Notes under the pieces: generated by a model
Seen by the model: only the letters and a program-made list of their open reading frames with translations
The model's database searches: none
What the model was told of the DNA's origin: nothing
Shown: positions 1 through 10,152 of the stretch, piece by piece
Layout: each line of letters begins with the position of its first letter
Numbering within the stretch: the stretch's first letter is position 1
Position numbers and translations under genes: made by a program
Origin: an uncultured delta proteobacterium
GTDB taxonomy: Bacteria; Desulfobacterota; RBG-13-43-22
Direction of reading: 5' to 3'
Assembly: GCA_963843145.1 (NCBI GenBank)
Contig: CAWJJC010000027.1
Span: 96,001 to 160,000, forward strand
Length of the DNA: 64,000 nt

Positions 1-357
1 TCCCAACTGAGCACTCCGCTGGCCGAAGAAGATATCCACATCGGCCCTTCCGATTACGTCCCCTGGCAGGGGGATAATAAGGTTTGTTTCCTCCGCCTGG
101 AAGCCGCCAATTTTTGCGGGGTACCCTTTGAATTGGAGGCCCGCTTGTCGGTTCAGGATTCTCCCAACAGCGCCGGGGTAGTCATCGATGCCGTCCGCTA
201 CTGCCGGCTGGCCAGGGACCGGGGAGAGGCCGGCGTTTTACTGCCGGCCGCCGCCTATTTTATGAAGCATCCACCCCTCCAGTTAGAGGAAGCGGAGGCG
301 CGACGGCAGATGGAAGAATACTTGGCCAGGGACTTCACGATTGCTCCGGGAAAGTAA
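1..357 (+). CDS. ino1: myo-inositol-1-phosphate synthase, C-terminal part (runs off window start)
   Basis: Frame reads IHIGPSDYVPWQGDNKV...LEARLSVQDSPNSAGVVIDAVR...YFMKHPP, the C-terminal signature of bacterial/archaeal MIPS. Confidence 0.88.
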   Translation, partial: SQLSTPLAEEDIHIGPSDYVPWQGDNKVCFLRLEAANFCGVPFELEARLSVQDSPNSAGVVIDAVRYCRLARDRGEAGVLLPAAAYFMKHPPLQLEEAEARRQMEEYLARDFTIAPGK

Positions 358-985
358 ACTGGGTCGACTCTATTTGCACTGGGTGGAAGCCTGCCCGACC
401 GCCCTGCTCCACCGTTCCGTCTTCCAACCCAACCACCTGACTTATTCAGCCCTCTTATTCAGTATCCTGGTTATTCCGGCCTTCATCCATTCCTTCTGGC
501 TGGGAGGTCTGACCATATTAGTCGCCGGGGTCCTGGATACCTTGGACGGGGCGCTGGCCCGAAAAACGGGTCGAACCTCCCTTTCCGGGGCTTTCCTGGA
601 TTCCGTTTTAGATCGCTACGGCGATTTTTTTATTTACCTGGGTCTCTGGGCGGCCGTGGTCATCCGGGTGCCCCGCCTTTTTTTAGGGGTTACCCTTTTA
701 ATATTTTTCTGCATCCAGGGTTCGTTCATGGTCAGCTATGCTCGGGCCCGGGGAGAAGGACTGGGGGTGTCGACCTCCGTAGGACTCTTCGGCCGGGCTG
801 AACGACTGGTTACCCTGGGAGTGGGCTCGATAGTCAACGACCTGTTGCCTTTGGTCTGGCCCCAGCGGCCCTGGCTGGAGCAACAGGGATTCATTTTAGG
901 AGTCCTCCTGCTGTTGGCCTTGGGCGTTCATCTTTCAGCCCTCCAACGAATCGTCACCCTCACCGGGCGTTTGAAGGGTGATTGA
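341..985 (+). CDS. CDP-alcohol phosphatidyltransferase (phosphatidylinositol-phosphate synthase-like)
   Basis: DTLDGALAR...GAFLDSVLDRYGD motif, SYARARGEGLG, multiple TM helices; overlaps ino1 stop. Confidence 0.88.
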   Translation: MLRESKLGRLYLHWVEACPTALLHRSVFQPNHLTYSALLFSILVIPAFIHSFWLGGLTILVAGVLDTLDGALARKTGRTSLSGAFLDSVLDRYGDFFIYLGLWAAVVIRVPRLFLGVTLLIFFCIQGSFMVSYARARGEGLGVSTSVGLFGRAERLVTLGVGSIVNDLLPLVWPQRPWLEQQGFILGVLLLLALGVHLSALQRIVTLTGRLKGD

Positions 986-1343
986 CGATAGCGGTAATGA
1001 AATAAGGGCCTCCTTTCCCGAAGGATCGGGGCAGAAGAAATTTCCTGAGCGGTCCAGGCCGCTCGACCTGAATCCTGTTCCGGGGTTTCTCCCCTTATAT
1101 GTCACAAAAGACATAACTTGTTAAACTTTCATGATAATTTTCTATTGCAAATGCCTTTTTATTCCGCTATATCATCAATATCATCTTTGTAAAATCAAAT
1201 CATAATTCTCTGTTTAAATCAATAGACTGAACGATAGGAGGTGAGACCAGTCCTGACGTTTAGACCGCTTTGCTTTGTTCATTGCAGTTAGCGATCAACC
1301 CAAAATCCAACCAGTAAACAAGAAAGGAAGGTGAGTGAATATT

Positions 1344-4300
1344 ATGGGCGTAACCCGAAGGGATTTTATTAAGATTAGTGGTGCCGGCGCTGCCGGACTG
1401 GTCCTGACCCAATTGGGTTTTGACCTTTCACCCATCGAAATCTATGCCCAGGAATTCAAACTCAAAGGGGCCAAGGAGACCACCAGCATCTGCTGCTACT
1501 GTTCGGTCGGCTGCGGGATCATCGTGCACACCGATAGCCAGGGCAAGGTCATCAACATGGAAGGTGATCCCGACCACCCCATCAGTGAGGGAGCCCTTTG
1601 CGCCAAAGGGGCCGCCTCCTATCAGATCGCGGTCAACGAGAACCGGCTGAAAAAGGTCCGCTACCGGGCCCCTTACAGCGACAAATGGAAAGAAGTCTCC
1701 TGGGACTGGGCCCTGGACAAGATGGCGGCCAATATCAAAAAAAGCCGCGACGCCAGCTTTGTGGAGAAAAACGCCGCCGGCCAGGTGGTCAATCGGACCA
1801 ACGGCATCGCCTCCGTGGGCAGCGCTGCCCTGGACAACGAGGAATGCTGGCTGTTCCAGAAATTCCTGAGGTCGCTGGGGCTGGTGTATATCGAGCACCA
1901 GGCCCGTATCTGACACAGCGCTACGGTAGCGGCTCTGGGAGAGTCGTTCGGACGCGGTGCCATGACCAATCATTATATCGATTTCCGGAATTCCGATGTC
2001 ATCCTCAACATGGGCGGGAATGTGGCCGAAAACCACCCGGTTTCCTTCAAATGGATTCAGGCCGCCAAGGAGAAGGGATCGGTTTTCATTCACGTCGATC
2101 CCCGTTTTACCCGGACCTCCACCAAGGCCGATATCTATGCCCCCTTACGTTCCGGAACGGATATCGCCTTTTTGGGAGGCATGATCAAATATATCCTGGA
2201 CAACAAACTGTATGACGAATTTTACCTGGCCAACTATACCAATGCCTCCCTCCTCGTGAATCCCAAGTTCGGCTTCAACGACGGCCTTTTCTCCGGGTAC
2301 GATTCCGCCAAGCGGGCTTATGATAAATCCACCTGGTCCCTGGAAAAAGACGAGAAGGGCATCCCCAAGCAGGACTTGACGCTGCAGAACGAGCACAGCG
2401 TCTTCCAGCTTCTAAAGAAACACTATGCCCGTTACACCCTGGAGAAGGTGTCGGAGATCACCGGGACCCCCAAAGAAGATCTGATGAAAGTTTACCAAAC
2501 CTACGGATCCACCGGGACCCCCGATAAATCGGCGACCATTCTCTACGCCATGGGCTGGACCCAGCACACCGTGGGCACCCAGAACATCCGGGCCATGTCC
2601 ATTATTCAGCTCCTGCTGGGCAACATCGGGATCGCCGGCGGCGGGGTCAACGCCCTGCGCGGCGAATCCAACGTCCAGGGCTCCACGGATCATTGTCTGC
2701 TCTTCCACATCATCCCCGGCTATCTGCCCACCCCTCGAGCCAAGCTGGCGACGCTGGCCGATTACAACAAAACCACCCCGACCACCAAGGATCCCCGCAG
2801 CGCCAACTGGTGGCAGAACCGGCCCAAGTACATGGCCAGTCTCCTGAAATCTTTTTACGGGGCCAAGGCCACCAAGGAAAACGAATTCGGTTACGCCTGG
2901 CTTCCCAAGCTGGAGGACACCCAAAACGCCTCCTGGCTGATCCTTTTCGATGAAATGTACAAGGGGGCCTTTACCGGGTTCTTCGCCTGGGGGATGAACC
3001 CGGCCTGTTCCGGCGCCAACGCGGGCAAGGTGCGGGAGGCTCTGGGCAAGCTGGACTGGATGGTCAACGTCAACCTCTTCGACAGCGAAACCGGCTCCTT
3101 CTGGAAGGGCCCGGGCGTAAACCCCAAGAAGATCAAGACCGAGGTCTTCCAGCTTCCCGCGGCGGCTTTTATGGAAAAGGAAGGCAGCATCAGCAACAGC
3201 GGCCGCTGGTCCCAGTGGCGCTATAAGGCCGCCAAAGCCCCCGGAGAGGCCAGGCCGGATGCGGAAATCATCTATGAACTGTTTAAAAAAGTCCGGGCCC
3301 TCTACGAAAAAGGCCCAGGGGCCCCGGCCGGCCCCATTTTGAATCTGAAATGGGACTATGAAACCAACGGGCATTTTGATATCCACCAGGTGGCCAAAGA
3401 GATTAACGGGATTGACCTGACCACCGGAAAAATGGTGGACAATTTCACCAAACTGAAGGACGACGGGACCACCGCCTGTGGAAACTGGCTTTATTCCGGC
3501 AGCTATACCGAAGCCGGCAACATGATGGCCCGGCGTAAAAAAGGCGATCCCACCGGCTTGGGCCTCTATCCGGAATGGTCCTGGTGCTGGCCCCTCAACC
3601 GGCGGATTATTTATAACCGGGCTTCGGTGGATCTGGAAGGAAATCCCCGCAATCCGAAGCGGGCGCTGGTCAAATGGAACGCCGAGACCAAGAAATGGGT
3701 CGGCGATGTGCCGGACGGCGGCTGGCCTCCCATGGATAAGACGGGTTTCTACCCCTTTATCATGAAACCGGACGGGGTGGCTTCAGTCTTCGGTCCCGGG
3801 CTGGCCGACGGGCCTTTCCCCGAGCACTACGAACCGTTGGAATGTCCCATCGACAAAAACCTGATGTCCGGTCAGATGATCAACCCGGTCGTCAAAATTT
3901 TCAAGGAGGGCCTGGATAAATTCTCCTCCTGCGATCCCAAGTTTCCGCTGGTCTGTACCACTTACCGGGTAACCGAACACTGGCAGACCGGAGTCTTGAG
4001 CCGCTGGCTGCCCTGGTTGATCGAAGCCGAACCGCAAATGTTCGTGGAAATGAGCCAGGAGTTGGCCAAACTGAAGGCGATCAAGAACGGGGAACGGGTC
4101 CTGGTCTCCAGCCCCCGTGGGCAAGTAGAAGCCGTGGCCATTGTGACCTTCCGCTTGAAACCTTTTCTGATCGCCGGCCAGACCATTCATCAGATCGGAC
4201 TGCCCTGGCATTACGGCTGGCTCCACCCCAAGAACGGCGGAGACAGCGCCAACCTGCTGACCCCGACGGTGGGCGATCCCAATACCATGATCCCTGAATC

Positions 4301-4367
4301 CAAGGCCTTCATGGCCAATGTAACCAAGTTAGCCAAACAACCGGCCCACAAGGCCAAGAAGGCATAA
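1344..4367 (+). CDS. fdnG: formate dehydrogenase alpha subunit, selenocysteine-containing (UGA at 1911-1913 read through)
   Basis: Tat signal TRRDFIK, CCYCSVGC Fe-S motif, EHQARI-TGA-HS active site in frame with ORF 1962..4367, molybdopterin-binding C-terminus. Confidence 0.95.
1929..1947 (+). promoter_or_regulatory. bacterial SECIS hairpin
   Basis: GCGGCTCT-GGG-AGAGTCGT stem-loop starting 15 nt downstream of the in-frame UGA. Confidence 0.7.
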
Positions 4368-4382
4368 GGGAGGTGAACCCGA

Positions 4383-5141
4383 ATGGCAGATAAATCTTTC
4401 TTTGTAGATACATCCAAATGTACGGCCTGCCGGGGGTGCCAGGTGGCCTGCAAACAATGGAACAAACTGGGGACCGAATACACGGTCAACCGGGGGAGTC
4501 ACCAAAACCCGCCGGATCTGTCTTCCACCTGCTACAAGCTCGTTCACTTTAACGAGGCCGAAGTGGCCGGCCGGCCGGTCTGGTTATTCTTTCCGGAACA
4601 ATGCCGCCATTGTGTGGAACCGCCCTGCAAAGAGGCGGCCGATGCCCAGATCAAAGACGCCATCCTCAAGGACGAGGCCACCGGCGCCGTCATTTATACG
4701 GATAAAACCAAAAAGCTCAAGGCCAAAGACATCCTGGATGCCTGCCCGTACAATATCCCCCGGGTGGACAAGAAAACCAAACTCCTGGTTAAATGCACCA
4801 TGTGCTTTGACCGGGTGAAAATCGGGATGCTCCCAGCCTGCGTCAAGACCTGCCCCACCGGGGCCATGAGCTTCGGTGACCGGAATGAAATATTGGACAA
4901 GGCCCAGAAACGTTTGGCCGAGGTGAAGAAAAAATTTCCTCAGGCCAGCCTCTTGGATCCCGACGATCTTCGGACCGTCTACCTGGTCCTGGAAGACCGA
5001 AAACTATACTATAAGTTTGCTTCAGCCGAAGGACGGGGAATCACCCGCCAAGCGGCGTTGCGAAGATTGTTTAAACCCTTGACGACGGTAGCAGCGGCTA
5101 CGGCGGTTTTCGGAGGAATGGTTCAGGATACCCACCGCTAA
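4383..5141 (+). CDS. fdnH: formate dehydrogenase Fe-S (beta) subunit
   Basis: CTACRGCQVAC, CRHCVEPPC, CTMC...PACVKTCP ferredoxin motifs; RBS GGAGG; directly follows alpha subunit. Confidence 0.92.
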   Translation: MADKSFFVDTSKCTACRGCQVACKQWNKLGTEYTVNRGSHQNPPDLSSTCYKLVHFNEAEVAGRPVWLFFPEQCRHCVEPPCKEAADAQIKDAILKDEATGAVIYTDKTKKLKAKDILDACPYNIPRVDKKTKLLVKCTMCFDRVKIGMLPACVKTCPTGAMSFGDRNEILDKAQKRLAEVKKKFPQASLLDPDDLRTVYLVLEDRKLYYKFASAEGRGITRQAALRRLFKPLTTVAAATAVFGGMVQDTHR

Positions 5142-5173
5142 GCCGGCTGTCTACGGTTAACCTTAACTCCTCC

Positions 5174-5205
5174 AAGGGCCGATGTTCGCATCGGCCCTTT
5201 TTTTA
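5174..5205 (+). terminator. intrinsic terminator of fdh operon
   Basis: AAGGGCCGATG-TTCG-CATCGGCCCTT followed by T run. Confidence 0.85.
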
Positions 5206-5296
5206 TCGGATTTTGGGTTTCTTTTTTAGACCGATTGGGTTACACTCGGAAACATTCGAATTATTTCGATGCTACCTTGATGCTTGGGAGGATACT

Positions 5297-6094
5297 ATGC
5301 GGTTTGATCAACGGCTGGTCGTCTGTTTTACAATGCTTCTGATGGGTTGTTTTCTGGTGGGCGCCGTCCAGGCGTCAGCCCAATGTCCCCCTCCCGATAA
5401 AGTTCAGGCTTCCTTGAAAAAGCTCTTTCCCAACGTGGAACTGGGCGCCATTCAACCCAGCGAAGTCAAAGGACTTTGTCAGGTACAGGTCAAGCTGGGG
5501 GGCCAAATCCGTCTCCTTTATGCGGACGGCCAGGGGGATTTTTTTCTGCTCGGCAATCTGATAGAGACCAAGAGCGGACGCAACCTGACCATGGAGGCCA
5601 CGCAGCTTTTAAACCGCATGGGGGCCGATGATCTCCATCAATTGGAGGCCTTAACCGCCTTTTCCCACGGAAAGGGCGATAAAGTCCTCTATTTCGTTAC
5701 CGACCCACAATGCCCCTATTGCAAGCAGGCGGAAGCTATTATTAAGAAGATCGGCGATAAAGGGGAGCTAACGGTTCGCTATATCTTCTTTCCGCTCCCC
5801 AGCCATAAAGGCGCCAAGGAACAATGTATCTCGATTATCTGCGACAAGAAAGGCTTGGAAGGCCTGGAAAAGGGCTATAAATCAGAGAACCAGTGCGCTG
5901 AAGGGGTAAAAAAAGTGGACGAGAGTCTGGCTTTTTTGCACAAGAAAGGGATTGCTTCCACCCCGACTTTTATTTTTTCCGATGGAATCGTTCATTCCGG
6001 ATTGATGCCGGAAGAGACCCTGCGCCAGCGGTTGGGCCTCCCTCCGGCCGGTCCTAAAACGGAAATTAAAACTCCCGGACCGATCAAAAAATAA
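5297..6094 (+). CDS. dsbC: DsbC-family thiol:disulfide interchange protein
   Basis: Signal peptide, DsbC-like N-terminal dimerisation region, TDPQCPYC, cis-Pro loop STPT; RBS GGAGG before ATG 5297. Confidence 0.85.
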   Translation: MRFDQRLVVCFTMLLMGCFLVGAVQASAQCPPPDKVQASLKKLFPNVELGAIQPSEVKGLCQVQVKLGGQIRLLYADGQGDFFLLGNLIETKSGRNLTMEATQLLNRMGADDLHQLEALTAFSHGKGDKVLYFVTDPQCPYCKQAEAIIKKIGDKGELTVRYIFFPLPSHKGAKEQCISIICDKKGLEGLEKGYKSENQCAEGVKKVDESLAFLHKKGIASTPTFIFSDGIVHSGLMPEETLRQRLGLPPAGPKTEIKTPGPIKK

Positions 6095-6154
6095 CTGATT
6101 GCCTTGTTCGATATTCTGCGGTTCAAAAACTAACTGCCGGCCATAGTACGGGAT

Positions 6155-6949
6155 TTACCTTCTAGGCGGTGGTGGGGCATATCCCCGGTTATCATCCCAG
6201 AAACGGTTCCGGGGGTGCGGGGGGCGGCAGTCGATGATTCCTTTGCGGCAAAGGGTCTCGCGCCACTCATATTTCAGAAAATGCCTTTCCGCGGCCACCG
6301 GCTCCGGTTCAAAATCCACCCGGATGACCGGGGAATATTTTTCTTCCCCATAACCGGTTCCCGGTTGGGCCTCCGTCCGGGGCCTCATGGCCTGGGGAGC
6401 GCTTTGTCCGGGCATTTCTTTCCTGTCTTGATGCCCATAGGTCCCCCCGCGTTCATAGACCGGCGGTTCCGGCGGTCTTTTTTCCGGAAAAACCGCCACG
6501 GCGATGACCCCCATGGCGGAATAATCTCCCCAGGCGCCGGCATAGGAGCCACCGGCCTCGGTAAAGTAAAAGGTGTTCACCTGGTTATTCGAACTGCGCC
6601 ATCCGTCATAATACCCCCAGCCCTGCGGATCGAGGATGTACATGCGTTCCTGGGGCTGCAGAAAAGACTTTTTCCCGGAAATAATGTTGCGCCCATCGAC
6701 GGCGATGACCAACCCTACCCGATAGGGGGTGTGATTTTTAACTCGGATACTGTACCGTTCCCCCCGGATGGCTTCCAGATAAGCTCGATAGGTATTCGGT
6801 TGCCCGGAGTCCACCGGATATAGTGGCAGACCGGGTCCCTGCTCGGTGACCACACTAACATCCAGCAGAGGGGAGTACGCCAGAAGGGTTCCCGAGGACA
6901 GCAGCAAAGCTAACCAGACGATAAACACAACTATTTTTTTCATATACAT
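6155..6949 (-). CDS. exported hypothetical protein
   Basis: Signal peptide; GERYSIRVKN...VIAVDGRNIISG...GVIAVAVFPE core; RBS GAGGAGG. Confidence 0.75.
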   Translation of the reverse strand: MYMKKIVVFIVWLALLLSSGTLLAYSPLLDVSVVTEQGPGLPLYPVDSGQPNTYRAYLEAIRGERYSIRVKNHTPYRVGLVIAVDGRNIISGKKSFLQPQERMYILDPQGWGYYDGWRSSNNQVNTFYFTEAGGSYAGAWGDYSAMGVIAVAVFPEKRPPEPPVYERGGTYGHQDRKEMPGQSAPQAMRPRTEAQPGTGYGEEKYSPVIRVDFEPEPVAAERHFLKYEWRETLCRKGIIDCRPPHPRNRFWDDNRGYAPPPPRR

Positions 6950-7012
6950 CCTCCTCTTCGAATAATTAACCCTTTAGACCGCATGATTTTCCTAAAGTTA
7001 AAAAAGAGGTTG

Positions 7013-7321
7013 TTCGCCCTTTTGGGTGGGTGGCCACAATAGGTAGTAGCTTAGACTGAATTCGGGCCTCCGTGGCCGCCGGGTCTCGGCGAAAGGGTTT
7101 TCCACCTTGCTTTTTAGGTTCTAACCCGGCCCCTATGTTTTCAAATCTTCCAGGAGGCAGGGCCAGCCTGGGAGGCGCCAAGAAATACGGGGTTTGGGCC
7201 TGCTTTAAATAAACTTAAACACTTAGGCCCGGATTCGAAGTCCGGAGTACCTTTGGAAAACCCTTTCACCGAGACCCGGCGGCCATACCAGATCTGGGGG
7301 CTACCCACCCAAAAGGGCGAA
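7013..7321. repeat. nested long inverted repeats (23 bp outer, 32 bp inner) between divergent genes
   Basis: 7013-7035 pairs with 7299-7321 (1 mismatch); 7073-7104 pairs with 7254-7285 (1 mismatch). Confidence 0.9.
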
Positions 7322-7444
7322 GCGTCAAAAAAAATTTCTCGGTCTCCAATGAGGGTCCCATACCGACCGGACCCGATTATGGTTGAAGTGCCGGTCCCTA
7401 ACGTGGTAATTATTGAAGTATAAATTATTTTCGGATTGGAATCC

Positions 7445-8875
7445 ATGCGTAATCTTTCCCTCTTGGCCGACATGTACGAATTAACCATGCTGGGTGGGTA
7501 TATCGCCAGCGGCAAAGAGAATCAACAGGCCAACTTCGATTATTTTTTTCGGAAAGTTCCGGATGCCGGCGGATATTGCGTTACGGCGGGCCTGGAACAG
7601 TTGATCGATTATATTCAACATATCCATTTTTCCGCGCGCGATTTGGCCTATCTGGAAGGGCTCGCCATTTTCCCGGAGAAGGTGCTCTCCTACCTGGAAA
7701 ATTTTCATTTCGCCGGGGACCTCTATGCCATTCCCGAGGGCACTTTAGTCTTTCCCGGGGAACCCATTATCCGGGTAACCGCCTCCCTGCCCGAGGCCCA
7801 ATTTATCGAATCGGCCCTTCTAAATATCATGAATTTTCAGACCCTCATCGCCACTAAAGCCGCCCGGGTCTGCATCGCCGCCGAGGGGGACCCGGTGGTG
7901 GAATTCGGACTTCGCCGAGCCCATGGTCCGGATGCCGCCCTGGGGGCCGCACGGGCGGCCTTTATCGGCGGCGCCCAGGGGACCTCCAATGTTCTGGCCG
8001 GCAAGCTGTTCGGAATCCCGGTCCGGGGGACCCTGGCCCACAGTTGGGTGGAATCCTTTCCGTCCGAACTGGAGGCTTTCAGGACCTATTGCCGCCTCTA
8101 CCCCGAGGCCAGTCTCTTGTTGGTGGACACCTATGATACGCTGAAAAGCGGGGTGCCCAACGCCATTAAGGTGGGAATAGAAATGCGGTCCCAGGGCCGG
8201 GGAGAGCTGAGCGGTATCCGTCTGGACAGTGGGGACCTGGCCTATCTCAGCCAGGAAGCCCGAAAAATGTTGGATAAAGAAGGCTTCCAGCAGACCAAGA
8301 TTTTTGCATCCAGCGATTTGGACGAATGGATCATCGAAAGCATCAAGAAACAGGGCGGTCGAATCGACACCTGGGGTGTGGGGACTAAACTGGTGACCGC
8401 CTACTCCAACCCGGCCCTGGGCGGCGTTTATAAACTGACCGGCATCGAAGAAGCGGGTCGAATGGTCCCCAAAATAAAAAGGTCCGACAATCCTGAAAAA
8501 GTGACCAACCCCGGGATGAAGAAAGTTATTCGCTTTTTTGATCCTAATGGTTTCATGCGGGGGGACGTGATGTTCCTGGAGGGAGAAGTGCCGGAATCCA
8601 AGGCGCTCCGGGTCTACCATCCCACCATTCCCCATCTCCGCAAAATGTACCCGGCTCGATTTTTACGTTCCGAATTATTGGTCCCGATTTTCAAAAAAGG
8701 GGCCTTGGTTTACTCAAGGCCCTCCCTGCCGGAAATCCAGAAAAACACACACCGCAATTTAGACCGGTTGGGACCGGAACATAAACGTTTCCAAAACCCT
8801 CATATTTATCATATCAGCCTTAGCCAAAAGCTGCTGCGGACCAAACAGACGTTGCTTAAACAAACGTTCCAGTAA
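7445..8875 (+). CDS. pncB: nicotinate phosphoribosyltransferase
   Basis: LLADMYELTM, EFGLRRAHG, GTLAHSWV, LLVDTYD, GIRLDSGDL, GVGTKL, GGVYKL motifs. Confidence 0.95.
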   Translation: MRNLSLLADMYELTMLGGYIASGKENQQANFDYFFRKVPDAGGYCVTAGLEQLIDYIQHIHFSARDLAYLEGLAIFPEKVLSYLENFHFAGDLYAIPEGTLVFPGEPIIRVTASLPEAQFIESALLNIMNFQTLIATKAARVCIAAEGDPVVEFGLRRAHGPDAALGAARAAFIGGAQGTSNVLAGKLFGIPVRGTLAHSWVESFPSELEAFRTYCRLYPEASLLLVDTYDTLKSGVPNAIKVGIEMRSQGRGELSGIRLDSGDLAYLSQEARKMLDKEGFQQTKIFASSDLDEWIIESIKKQGGRIDTWGVGTKLVTAYSNPALGGVYKLTGIEEAGRMVPKIKRSDNPEKVTNPGMKKVIRFFDPNGFMRGDVMFLEGEVPESKALRVYHPTIPHLRKMYPARFLRSELLVPIFKKGALVYSRPSLPEIQKNTHRNLDRLGPEHKRFQNPHIYHISLSQKLLRTKQTLLKQTFQ

Positions 8876-8904
8876 AACCTAAGGTTTTGGAGAGTTTTCA
8901 GCTG

Positions 8905-8985
8905 TCAATTGTCAATTATCAATTGATTATTGATTATTGATTATTGGCCTTTTTGCAGGTCACCGAGGCTTATTTACAACCTAAA
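8905..8985. repeat. heptamer-periodic (CAATTGA/TAATCAA) repeat element
   Basis: Inverted copy of 62982-63075 including the GTAAATAAGCC..CCTGCAAAAAGGCCAATAATCAAT flank; related copy at 15570-15690. Confidence 0.8.
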
Positions 8986-9469
8986 ACGTTCGGGAACAGG
9001 CGATCGTTTCGTGCTCTTTCCCTCTAACGGAGAGGATGGGCACCGGACAACGGCGAAAAACCTTTTCCGCTGTGGATCCAAAAAGGGTGTTGGCGATATT
9101 GGTTCGCCCTTTGGTCCCCATGACCACCAGATCTACTCCCTGATCCTTGACGATTTCCAGAAGCTCCACCCAGGGAACGCCGACCCGGAAGACCCGGACC
9201 ACCCGCAGATCCTGACAACTGCTTTCTTTCAACAGTTGGTCGGTTTCGGCATCTCGATTGCGCTTCTGATCGGCGATATATTTTTCCACGGTAACCCCGA
9301 TACCTTCCACCTCTACTTTGCGGATGGCTTCCACGTCCCGTTGGTTGAGGACATTGGCCACTACCAGAACGGCGTTTACGGAGCTGGCTAAAAGGGCCGC
9401 GTACTTAAGAGTAGCCTTGGAATAATCGGAGAAATCAACAGCCGCCATAATTTTATTAATCGGTCCCAT
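8981..9469 (-). CDS. universal stress protein
   Basis: [20 protein letters not shown]...[17 protein letters not shown]. Confidence 0.92.
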   Translation of the reverse strand: MGPINKIMAAVDFSDYSKATLKYAALLASSVNAVLVVANVLNQRDVEAIRKVEVEGIGVTVEKYIADQKRNRDAETDQLLKESSCQDLRVVRVFRVGVPWVELLEIVKDQGVDLVVMGTKGRTNIANTLFGSTAEKVFRRCPVPILSVRGKEHETIACSRTF

Positions 9470-9555
9470 AAAACCCTCCTTGATTTATTTAATATGACGT
9501 TTCGCCCTTTTGGATGGTTATCCCCCATATCTGGTATGGCCACGAAGGCCCTATC

Positions 9556-10044
9556 TCAGACTGAGCTGCTAAACTCTGAGCCGGGCATGAATTTGGGGGG
9601 AAATGACTCGCCAGGGCCCAGGGATAAACCCGGCAGGACCATCAAAGTGGCCGTGCCGTGGGCCAGAAGGCGACCCTCCTGATCATGGATCTCGGATTGC
9701 CCCAGGGCTAAGGTTTTTCCCAATTTAAGGCATTGCCCCTTAGCCACCATCTTTCCTTTGAGCGTTGGGGAAAGGTAGTTGAGTTTCATTTCCACGGTGG
9801 TCAACCCCAGACCCTCATCCAGTAAAGGGTAGACCGCCCAGAAGGCGGAGGCGTCAATCAGGGAGGAAAAAACACCGCCATGTACCATTCCAAAAGGCTG
9901 AAGGTGTTTCTCCCCCAGGGAGACCTCCAGCAGTGAAGTCCCTTCTCCCAATTCGATGATCGACATGGAGATTAATTGAAAATAAGGACACTGGTTTACC
10001 GTCCGGCAAACCGCGGTTACATAATCCGGATTGAGTCGTTTCAT
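9556..10044 (-). CDS. PaaI-family thioesterase
   Basis: QPFGMVHGGVFSSLID, TVEMKLNYL hotdog-fold motifs. Confidence 0.9.
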   Translation of the reverse strand: MKRLNPDYVTAVCRTVNQCPYFQLISMSIIELGEGTSLLEVSLGEKHLQPFGMVHGGVFSSLIDASAFWAVYPLLDEGLGLTTVEMKLNYLSPTLKGKMVAKGQCLKLGKTLALGQSEIHDQEGRLLAHGTATLMVLPGLSLGPGESFPPKFMPGSEFSSSV

Positions 10045-10152
10045 CCCCTTCCTCTTTCTTTCCTGGCTGTCTTGTTTATAGTCAATCCCCTCGATTTTTA
10101 AAAGAAAAAAATGCGAATCCAGACTAACTCAAAGGCCCGGGAAGGAACGAAT

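Noticed and set aside
1098-1140. Rex/CRP-like operator upstream of fdh
   Set aside because: Only partial dyad symmetry; cannot be supported by eye.
7013-7321. tmRNA, RNase P, 6S RNA or retron msr-msd
   Set aside because: No tRNA-like CCA end, no GAGGAAAGTCC, no clear 6S signature, and no reverse transcriptase nearby.
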